DNA of 39,820 nucleotides from a virus (Duplodnaviria > Caudoviricetes): the IMG/VR virus record IMGVR_UViG_3300005805_000189, positions 1 to 39,820 of that record; one strand, written 5' to 3'. The position numbers were made by a program, and so were the translations under genes. Within the stretch, counting starts at the first letter, position 1. Every line of letters begins with the position of its first letter. This document shows, one piece after another, positions 1 through 7,128 of this stretch. Below the pieces are notes generated by a model. That model was given only the letters and a program-made list of their open reading frames with translations. It ran no database searches and was not told the DNA's origin.

Positions 1-118
1 TACCTGCACCATTCTGACCGACAATCAGCGTGGACTTGGATTTATCCAGCTTGACTTCGGTAAACACGTTGCCAGTTGATAGGAAGTTCTTCCAGCGCAC
101 CACACGGAAGTTTATCAT
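1..118 (-). CDS. gp46: T4 gp46-like recombination endonuclease subunit (Rad50/SbcC ATPase), 5' part only
   Basis: Manual translation from ATG 118 gives MINFRVVRWKNFLSTGNVFTEVKLDKSKSTLIVGQNGAG (KNFLS motif plus start of Walker A). ATGA overlap with the gp47 stop. Runs off the window edge. Confidence 0.93.
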   Translation of the reverse strand, partial: MINFRVVRWKNFLSTGNVFTEVKLDKSKSTLIVGQNGAG

Positions 119-1140
119 GCTTCACGCTCCGCGCTTAATGCTTCCTGATACAACTCAGTCAGTAGATTATTCAAGTCAGCTGCCATAGTTTGTTCAGTTT
201 CAGGTAGATACTGCGCAACGAACTTGCGCATAATAGTTAGTGTGTCCTCGGCTTCGTCGACGATGTCAGCATCATCTTCTAGGTCAAGGTTCAGATGGTC
301 TTCTACGATTTGTAGATCGATGACGCCAGCCTTTTCAATTTTATCAACAACGATATCAAACCAGTAAGGGTTTGTCTTGTTGCGAACAATCAGCTTCACG
401 AACGTATTTCCGAACGAACTGAAGTCTTGTTCGATAACTTCTTCCATAGTTTTACCCACGTCGTCATACAGGACTTTGTGGAACATAGGAAATGGGTTCT
501 GAATGAAAGTCAGTTCGCGCGTTGCGGTATCGAATACGTGAAAGCCACGAGGGTCATTATAATCTGACCAAGTCATTTCGTATGGCGCACCAAGATAGTT
601 GATATTACCTTTAGTGGATTTGTGGTGGAAGTGACCTGACATGACAACGTCGAACTTCTCAAATAGTTTCGCGTCAAATCCGTGGTCGTTTCCTACAACA
701 CCTTTATACATTTCAAATCCAGCCAACTCTAGGTGACCGATTAGAACTTGAGCAGGTGTGCTATTAATGAAGTCGATTGACTCCTGATAATTACCAGAAC
801 AAATCCACGGAAGAAATGCTACGTCAAGTCCATCAAAGTTTAGTGTTTTCGATTCAGACATAATATGCATGTTCGGATAATCCTCGAACAGCAAGTCCAT
901 CGTATTTACTTCGTTGGTGTTCTTATAGTATGCGGTATGATTACCAACGATGCTGTATAGCTTCACGTCGCGCGAGCGCAGTTGGTCGAACCACATATCC
1001 TTTGCGGCTTTGAGTGAGTGGAAGTTGATGTACTTACGACGGTCGAAAGTGTCACCGCCATCCCAGACGACTTTAATATCGTTGGCATCTATGTATGGCA
1101 AAACTACCTCGCGATAGAATTTCGCTTGGTAGTCGTAGAA
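115..1140 (-). CDS. gp47: T4 gp47-like recombination nuclease (Mre11/SbcD), 5'-truncated
   Basis: Motifs GDTFDRRK, VGNH, GHLE, SGHFH. The frame stays open upstream of the track start (FYDYQAKFYREVVLPYI) up to a TGA at 1141-1143. The N-terminal DxH motif and a real start codon are absent. Confidence 0.9.
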   Translation of the reverse strand, partial: FYDYQAKFYREVVLPYIDANDIKVVWDGGDTFDRRKYINFHSLKAAKDMWFDQLRSRDVKLYSIVGNHTAYYKNTNEVNTMDLLFEDYPNMHIMSESKTLNFDGLDVAFLPWICSGNYQESIDFINSTPAQVLIGHLELAGFEMYKGVVGNDHGFDAKLFEKFDVVMSGHFHHKSTKGNINYLGAPYEMTWSDYNDPRGFHVFDTATRELTFIQNPFPMFHKVLYDDVGKTMEEVIEQDFSSFGNTFVKLIVRNKTNPYWFDIVVDKIEKAGVIDLQIVEDHLNLDLEDDADIVDEAEDTLTIMRKFVAQYLPETEQTMAADLNNLLTELYQEALSAEREA

Positions 1141-1293
1141 TCATTCCTCGCTGAAGAAATGATGGAGGGCTCACTAAAGACTCGTTTTCAAGATACAATC
1201 GCTGCTATTCTATATGATATTTTACTGCAACAAGTCGGAAGGATTGGGACGGATGAAGATCGAGCTGACGATTCTAAAGAATCTAGTTCATAA
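1135..1293 (+). pseudogene. 3' fragment of the gene normally preceding gp41 (gp40-like head vertex chaperone by position)
   Basis: VESFLAEEMMEGSLKTRFQDTIAAILYDILLQQ... overlaps the gp41 start. It has no own start or RBS, and the frame upstream is merely antisense gp47. Confidence 0.5.
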
Positions 1294-2674
1294 TGAAGAC
1301 TTTGCTCGCAAGACTTTACCTTTTCTAAGAGAAGAATATTTCAGCGATTCGAGTGAACGCATTGTTTTCAATCGAATCAATGATTTCATGCTGAAATATA
1401 ATAACCGTCCCACTCGTGAAGCTATTGGTATTGAGATAGAATCTAGTAACAATATCAGCGAGGGTGATCACAAAAACTCAATGGCTTTGGTTCACGATCT
1501 AATCGAACCTGAGCCAAGTGATATGACATGGTTGCTAGAATCGACAGAATCCTTCTGTCAAGAAAGGGCTGTGTACAACGCTGTCATGGATAGTATCTCT
1601 ATCCTTGACGGCAAGGATAATAATCGTACAAAGAACTCTATTCCTGAAATTCTGTCAGAAGCTCTCGGTGTTTCGTTCGATAGTCACATTGGTCATGACT
1701 TCATTGAAGACTTTGGTAATAGATATGATTACTATCACAGAGTCGAAGAAAAGATGCCTTTCGATCTTGAACTAATGAACAAAGTCACTCGCGGCGGCCT
1801 ATCTCGTAAATCACTCAATATCATTCTAGCTGGTACTGGCGTTGGTAAAACTCTTGCGATGTGTCACTTCGCAGCAGCGAATCTTTCGTTAGGTAAGAAT
1901 GTTCTGTATATCACCATGGAAATGGCTGAAGAAAAGATTGCAGAACGTATCGACTCAAATCTACTGAATGTCGCTTCAGAAGATCTGAACAAATTGCCTC
2001 GTGATCTATACGAAAGCAAAATCGCACGACTGAAGTCTAAGACTAGCGGTAAGCTCATTATCAAGGAGTATCCAACTGCTTCTGCTCACGCAGGACATTT
2101 CAGACATCTACTAAATGAGTTGAACTTAAAGAGGAACTTCGTTCCAGATATCATCTATATTGATTATCTCAATATCTGCTGTTCTAGTCGTATTAAGGCT
2201 GGATCAAATGTTAACAGCTACACATATATCAAAGCTATTGCTGAAGAACTCCGTGGTCTAGCTGTTGAGAAAAATCTTCCGATCGTTTCAGCTACCCAGA
2301 CGACTCGTTCTGGATATAGTAGTAGCGATCCTGGGCTTGAAGATACTTCTGAATCGTTCGGTCTACCAGCTACAGCCGACTTCATGATTGCCCTAGTTCG
2401 TACTGAAGAACTCGATGAACGCGGTCAGCTAATGGTCAAACAGCTAAAGAATCGTTACAGCGATCCAGCCGATCATAAGCGATTTGTTGTGGGTATCGAT
2501 CGCGTCAAAATGCGGCTTTTTGATACCGAAGAAGCTGCTCAGGACGGTTTGATCGATGATAGTCGTGGCGGTAAGACGAAACGATCCGATTCTGTGATGG
2601 ATAACAGTAAATTTGGAATGGAAGACCGTGAACGAAACAAATCTAAGCCCAAGTTCAATAATTTTAAGTTCTGA
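1253..2674 (+). CDS. gp41: T4 gp41-like replicative DNA helicase (DnaB family)
   Basis: Walker A AGTGVGKT, ITMEMAEE, IDYLNI, SATQTTRSG, SESFGLPATAD, QLKNRY. Start taken at ATG 1253 (MKIELTILKNL). Confidence 0.96.
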   Translation: MKIELTILKNLVHNEDFARKTLPFLREEYFSDSSERIVFNRINDFMLKYNNRPTREAIGIEIESSNNISEGDHKNSMALVHDLIEPEPSDMTWLLESTESFCQERAVYNAVMDSISILDGKDNNRTKNSIPEILSEALGVSFDSHIGHDFIEDFGNRYDYYHRVEEKMPFDLELMNKVTRGGLSRKSLNIILAGTGVGKTLAMCHFAAANLSLGKNVLYITMEMAEEKIAERIDSNLLNVASEDLNKLPRDLYESKIARLKSKTSGKLIIKEYPTASAHAGHFRHLLNELNLKRNFVPDIIYIDYLNICCSSRIKAGSNVNSYTYIKAIAEELRGLAVEKNLPIVSATQTTRSGYSSSDPGLEDTSESFGLPATADFMIALVRTEELDERGQLMVKQLKNRYSDPADHKRFVVGIDRVKMRLFDTEEAAQDGLIDDSRGGKTKRSDSVMDNSKFGMEDRERNKSKPKFNNFKF

Positions 2675-2684
2675 GCTAAATAAT

Positions 2685-2714
2685 CTTGACGAACAACCGT
2701 CAAGGATATATACT
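2685..2714 (+). promoter_or_regulatory. sigma70-type early promoter
   Basis: TTGACG 2686-2691, 17 bp spacer, TATACT 2709-2714. Confidence 0.75.
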
Positions 2715-2738
2715 TATCCAATGAGCGAGGGAAATGCG

Positions 2739-3269
2739 ATGATCCCAGGTGCTTTGGACTACTCAAACAATACCGCTGACATACGTGTCAGGGGCGCTTC
2801 TCGCAAAAAGAACAAATCGGTAAAAGATGCAGCCCGATGGATGATGGGCTATCACATAGGTTGTCGCCTATCAAATAATATATCTTTAGAAATCAATATC
2901 ATCAAAGATCTAAAAGATACGAATATATACGGTTCAGTTCTGTGGTCCGACAGCAACTCTCGCCCGCGCGAGTATGATATGGATTTGTGTTACTATATAA
3001 ATGATAGAACGCTTTTTCGTATCCTAGCTCACGAAATAGTCCACATTAAGCAATATGCTACGGGAGATCTAAAAGATCTAGCTTCGCAAGCTAATTATTG
3101 TAAGTGGAAAAATAATCTAGTTCAGTCTGAAGGACGTGGAAGTGGATCGTATTTTGATCTTCCGTGGGAAAAAGAAGCCCGTAAATATCAAGAAGTAATC
3201 TTTAATGAGTGGAGAAAAACTCATAAACTGCACTTCAGAAAAAAATCCGGAGAAATGTACGTTGACTGA
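2739..3269 (+). CDS. HExxH zinc metallopeptidase-like protein
   Basis: LAHEIVHIKQY and PWEKEA motifs. GAGGG RBS before ATG 2739, downstream of the promoter. Confidence 0.75.
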   Translation: MIPGALDYSNNTADIRVRGASRKKNKSVKDAARWMMGYHIGCRLSNNISLEINIIKDLKDTNIYGSVLWSDSNSRPREYDMDLCYYINDRTLFRILAHEIVHIKQYATGDLKDLASQANYCKWKNNLVQSEGRGSGSYFDLPWEKEARKYQEVIFNEWRKTHKLHFRKKSGEMYVD

Positions 3270-3513
3270 AGTTAAAATTTACAGCAAAGACGATTGTCCG
3301 TGGTGTGATCGAGCCAAAGAACTCCTAGAACTGCATGAGATTAAATATCATGAGATTAAGGTCGGTGGAGATATCACTCGGGACGAGTTCTTAGAGCAAG
3401 TTCCGTATGTTCGAACAGTACCTCAGATTTTCGTAAATTCTGTTAGGCTCGGTGGATTTGATGAACTATCAACATCAATCAAGTCCGGTAAGTTCCAGGG
3501 TTTGTTTAACTAA
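3262..3513 (+). CDS. grx: glutaredoxin
   Basis: CPWC active site, TVPQIF, GGFDEL. TTG start at 3262 with GGAG RBS. Confidence 0.92.
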   Translation: MTEVKIYSKDDCPWCDRAKELLELHEIKYHEIKVGGDITRDEFLEQVPYVRTVPQIFVNSVRLGGFDELSTSIKSGKFQGLFN

Positions 3514-3516
3514 ATA
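3510..3516 (+). promoter_or_regulatory. T4-type late promoter (CTAAATA variant)
   Basis: Matches the recurring (T/C)TAAATA core seen before other late genes in this window. Confidence 0.5.
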
Positions 3517-3586
3517 CATATTCGCATAGTTACGTCGTATAACGTCGTATCTTCCTTTCGTAGCGTAAGCAAAAATAGGAGATAAG

Positions 3587-4411
3587 ATGAAAAAGACATT
3601 CATCGTACTCGCAGCCGTAAGTCCTCTAATGTGGGCTTCAGTAGCTGAATCTGCTCCTCGTGAGCAAACCCATCAATCTCAAATAAAGAAAAAGAAACAA
3701 AAAATTTCGCAGAAAACTGCTATAAAACGTTGTAATATGAGCGTACAAGATAGATATGCTCATTATGCTCGTTATTGCAGACTAGTTAAGCGCAATACTA
3801 TTGCTCGTAATCAAATCGCAATCGCGCCTGCAGCTGTTGAAATTTCTAATTATGATCTAGATTCGGCTGCAGCATTTTTTGCAGCAGACAGAGCAAGAAT
3901 GCAAAATGTGCAGGTAATATATAATACAAATCAAACGATTACTAATAAACCAATCAAATCTGTTCCTGCAAAACGAGAAAGGTCGTTCGGTACTCCGGAT
4001 CCGATTCGTATAGCAAAGCAATGGGAAGGATATCACGCTCATACAAACAGAAGCGAACTTCGCAATCTTCTAACTAAAGGTAATGAAGCTCCTGTCGATC
4101 CAGTAAAGATTCCTTGGTGTGCAGCATTTGCGAATGCCATTCTTAAACAAACTGGACGTGAAGGCACAGGATCACTTCAAGCTCGCAGTTTCCTTGGATA
4201 TGGTATCGCGACTAAGTATCCTAGAGAAGGTGATATCGTAATATTTTCTCGCGGACGTAATCGTTACGCAGGACATGTAGGATTCTATATGGGCGAAGAA
4301 ATAATTGAAGGGGTGAAATATATTCTTGTATTTGGTGGGAATCAAAACAAGCAAGTCAATGTCGCGCATTATCCAGCAAGCAAGCTGTTAGGATATCGTA
4401 AATTGGGTTGA
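3587..4411 (+). CDS. NlpC/P60 (TIGR02594-like) peptidoglycan hydrolase with signal peptide
   Basis: PWCAAFAN, GHVGF, GGNQ motifs; hydrophobic N-terminus; AGGAG RBS. Confidence 0.85.
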   Translation: MKKTFIVLAAVSPLMWASVAESAPREQTHQSQIKKKKQKISQKTAIKRCNMSVQDRYAHYARYCRLVKRNTIARNQIAIAPAAVEISNYDLDSAAAFFAADRARMQNVQVIYNTNQTITNKPIKSVPAKRERSFGTPDPIRIAKQWEGYHAHTNRSELRNLLTKGNEAPVDPVKIPWCAAFANAILKQTGREGTGSLQARSFLGYGIATKYPREGDIVIFSRGRNRYAGHVGFYMGEEIIEGVKYILVFGGNQNKQVNVAHYPASKLLGYRKLG

Positions 4412-4442
4412 TGACTAAGGAGGTGCTTTTTGTCATCAATCA

Positions 4443-4472
4443 GGGAGGTGCGTGGTGCACCTCCCTTTTTTT
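4443..4472 (+). terminator. rho-independent terminator
   Basis: GGGAGGTGC-gtggt-GCACCTCCC followed by T7. Confidence 0.9.
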
Positions 4473-4477
4473 GTGTT

Positions 4478-4485
4478 TATAAATA
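4478..4485 (+). promoter_or_regulatory. T4-type late promoter
   Basis: Exact TATAAATA just upstream of the GGGGAG RBS of the 4508 ORF. Confidence 0.8.
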
Positions 4486-4507
4486 GCTCCGAATAAGGGG
4501 AGTACTA

Positions 4508-5248
4508 ATGGCCGGCACATCAGCAGAACGTCAAGAAACGGGTGTAATCGACGCTATTCGTCGTTCTGTTCGCGCAAATGGAAATAGACCAATTATTGTT
4601 ATTGGAGCCAATGGTAAAAAGATTAACAACGTAGTTGAAGCTAAGAAATATTCTGGTAGAGCACTTTCTGGTTCGGAACCTTATACTGATGTTATAATTA
4701 GCACTACGAGTAAAAGTTACAATGTATCCAATAAAGGCGAATCTGCTCCATCATTAGCTGGCGGTGGTTTATCTGGTATCGAAACTATTCTTCCTGGGCT
4801 TGTAAAGAAGTTCCTTGTTGAAGGAGTTAAGCAGTACACTAAGAAAAAATATAAGACGGGTGATGCTGTTCCAGAATTATTTGGACAAATAGACGCTGGT
4901 GATATTAAGTTGCTACTTCGTGGAAATAAAGAAGTTGGCGGTCCGATTGACTTCATGTATATTGGACCAATGGACGTAAAGTATACATACAACGATGGCG
5001 TATGCGCGTTAAACGGAAACTTCTACACAATCGACGATTATTATAAGAAGGTCGGCGGAAAGTTATACATTCGTGCGCGCAAACGTAGAGAAGATCAAGC
5101 GTTCACTAAAGATGAAGTTGATAAAGAAGGGCTCCCACTCATTTACGGTAAATCAAAATCAAAAAACGATAAGGGCCGTCGCATCGTCGTAGCCGATAAA
5201 GCCCCATCAACGGCTATTACATATAACATACCGAAAGTTGGTAAATGA
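4508..5248 (+). CDS. hypothetical protein, possible PD-(D/E)xK nuclease fold
   Basis: 246-aa ORF with RBS. EPYTDV...NVSNK spacing resembles a restriction-endonuclease-like core (weak inference). Confidence 0.6.
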   Translation: MAGTSAERQETGVIDAIRRSVRANGNRPIIVIGANGKKINNVVEAKKYSGRALSGSEPYTDVIISTTSKSYNVSNKGESAPSLAGGGLSGIETILPGLVKKFLVEGVKQYTKKKYKTGDAVPELFGQIDAGDIKLLLRGNKEVGGPIDFMYIGPMDVKYTYNDGVCALNGNFYTIDDYYKKVGGKLYIRARKRREDQAFTKDEVDKEGLPLIYGKSKSKNDKGRRIVVADKAPSTAITYNIPKVGK

Positions 5249-6477
5249 AAAAGTTATCCACCTTTATCGCGGAAGAAAAAAATCTTCACATGGAACATCT
5301 CGAGGACTTAATCCTCAATGATGGTGTCGCTGGTGCAAAACAAATATTCAATTTTTTATCACAGACTAGAGATATGCTCGGCGGTAGCATCAAGTCAAAA
5401 GTATCTGCTACTGTAAAATGGGATGGTGCTCCTGCTATCTTTGCTGGTATAGATCCGCGTGATAATAAGTTCTTTGTTGCTAAGAAAGGTATCTTCAATA
5501 AGAATCCTAAGATCTACAAGACTCAAGCTGATATTGATTCCGATCTCAGCGGCGAGCTTGCAGATAAATTCAGTGTAGCTTTGCGCGAGTTTAAGAAGCT
5601 CGGTATCAAGTCTGGTGTGTATCAGGGTGATCTTATGTTCACCAAAGGTGACGTCAAAACTGAAATGATCAGCAATCAAAAATACTACACGTTTCAACCC
5701 AATACGATTGTATATGCTGTTCCTGTTAACTCAGTATTGGGTAAGAATATCGCTAAAGCGAGCATTGGAGTCGTATGGCATACGACTTATGATGGCGACG
5801 CGTTTGAGAATATGAAAGCAACATTCGCTAAAGGTATCGTCAATAAATTTAAGCAAGTCGGTACGATCTGGATGGACGACGCGACATATAAAGATGTCAG
5901 CGGATCAGCTACAATGACCGCAGCCGAAACGGATAGCCTCAATAAGATACTATCTCAGATGGGCACAGTTCTTCAGAAATTACCTAGAGCGGCTGTTGAT
6001 GCGTTTTCCGAAAACGAAGAGCTTCTTATTAGGGTTAAGACATACAATAACAGCAAGATTCGGGCTGGAGAAAAGATCACAAATACGACCCAGCACGTCA
6101 TCGGATTGATTCATTATCTAAATGATTATTACAGTAAGGAAGAATCGAAGAAAAAGACTGTAAAAGGCAAAATGGCTACGATAGATAAATCTAGAGCAGC
6201 TTTTGCTCCAGTAGCTCGCACGCCCCTGATACAACTTAAAATGATATTCGATTTCATGAATCTAGTTGTTGATGCTAAAGATATTATCATCAATAAGATG
6301 AACTCAGCTGCTTCTGTAAACACGTTCCTGAGAACTCGACAGGGATTAACAGTAACTTCTCCCGAGGGGTATGTCGCAGTAGATCATCTATCAGGGGGAG
6401 CTGTTAAACTCGTTGATAGACTAGGCTTTAGTCAAGCTAACTTCAGTCCCGATATCATTAAGGGATGGCAGCGATGA
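5245..6477 (+). CDS. conserved T4-like phage protein with ATP-dependent RNA/DNA-ligase-like motifs (DUF6267-like)
   Basis: TVKWDG (motif I KxDG), YQGDLMF (III), PEGYV (IV), VKLVDR (V). N-terminus MKKLSTFIAE resembles the T4 capsid-targeting sequence. Confidence 0.75.
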   Translation: MKKLSTFIAEEKNLHMEHLEDLILNDGVAGAKQIFNFLSQTRDMLGGSIKSKVSATVKWDGAPAIFAGIDPRDNKFFVAKKGIFNKNPKIYKTQADIDSDLSGELADKFSVALREFKKLGIKSGVYQGDLMFTKGDVKTEMISNQKYYTFQPNTIVYAVPVNSVLGKNIAKASIGVVWHTTYDGDAFENMKATFAKGIVNKFKQVGTIWMDDATYKDVSGSATMTAAETDSLNKILSQMGTVLQKLPRAAVDAFSENEELLIRVKTYNNSKIRAGEKITNTTQHVIGLIHYLNDYYSKEESKKKTVKGKMATIDKSRAAFAPVARTPLIQLKMIFDFMNLVVDAKDIIINKMNSAASVNTFLRTRQGLTVTSPEGYVAVDHLSGGAVKLVDRLGFSQANFSPDIIKGWQR

Positions 6478-6998
6478 AAACGTTCAAGGAATTGACAGAA
6501 GCGTTTGATAAACCGCTAGAATATGATGTAGATCTTTGGCCTGCACATGATACATTAATGTATTCGTTTAAGTTATCAGATAAAGATTATTACAGAGTAT
6601 TGATTGGTCCACCACATCAATATAAGTTCACAAGAAAAGGACATGAAGTCGCATTTACTCACTTCAAAGATCAAGAAAGCATATATTCGCTTACTGATGA
6701 TGGTAAATTCACTGCATTAAATAGAATGAAAACTACTGACGCACTGAAAGTTTTCTCTACGACCATTGCAATCATAAAAGAACATATTCGCGATCGTAGC
6801 GATTTAACATCAATATCATTTTCTGCCAGTAATCACGAAGATTCTCGAGTAAAACTGTATCACAAGTTAGCTGTTATGGCAGCTAGAGTAAGCAAGTGGT
6901 ATCCATATGTTACTTACGAGGATATCAATTTCACAAGATTCGTAATTGCTAAGAAACCTATCACCGATAAAACATATTATTTAGAAAAGCTATACTGA
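6474..6998 (+). CDS. hypothetical protein with capsid-targeting-like N-terminus
   Basis: MKTFKELTE start; ATGA overlap with the previous stop. Confidence 0.7.
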   Translation: MKTFKELTEAFDKPLEYDVDLWPAHDTLMYSFKLSDKDYYRVLIGPPHQYKFTRKGHEVAFTHFKDQESIYSLTDDGKFTALNRMKTTDALKVFSTTIAIIKEHIRDRSDLTSISFSASNHEDSRVKLYHKLAVMAARVSKWYPYVTYEDINFTRFVIAKKPITDKTYYLEKLY

Positions 6999-7015
6999 CC
7001 GCTCGTAACACTATC

Positions 7016-7045
7016 ATTATAATGTTAAATTGTTAGGTTGTCAAG
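7016..7045 (-). promoter_or_regulatory. consensus sigma70 promoter on the minus strand (antisense to late genes)
   Basis: Reverse complement reads CTTGACA (7045-7039), 17 bp spacer, TATAAT (7021-7016). Confidence 0.75.
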
Positions 7046-7053
7046 ACCTTTTT

Positions 7054-7061
7054 TATAAATA
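7054..7061 (+). promoter_or_regulatory. T4-type late promoter
   Basis: Exact TATAAATA. Confidence 0.8.
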
Positions 7062-7067
7062 AAGATA

Positions 7068-7120
7068 GCAGAAAGCTAAGGCAGTCCTGCATTTGCGGTT
7101 AGGGTACGCCAGTCCCGCGA
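7068..7120 (+). promoter_or_regulatory. candidate cis-regulatory tandem-hairpin RNA leader
   Basis: GCAG-aaa-GC-taag-GC-agtc-CTGC and GCGG-ttag-GG-tacg-CC-agtc-CCGC, abutting the GAGGAG RBS. Confidence 0.55.
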
Positions 7121-7128
7121 GGAGTATT

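Noticed and set aside
1018-1134. 5' part of track ORF 1018..1293 as a real gene start
   Set aside because: It is the antisense of gp47 codons with no RBS; only the part after about 1135 looks like a real protein.
3528-3550. Tandem ACGTCGTAT repeat upstream of the NlpC/P60 gene
   Set aside because: Only two short copies with no further support; could be chance.
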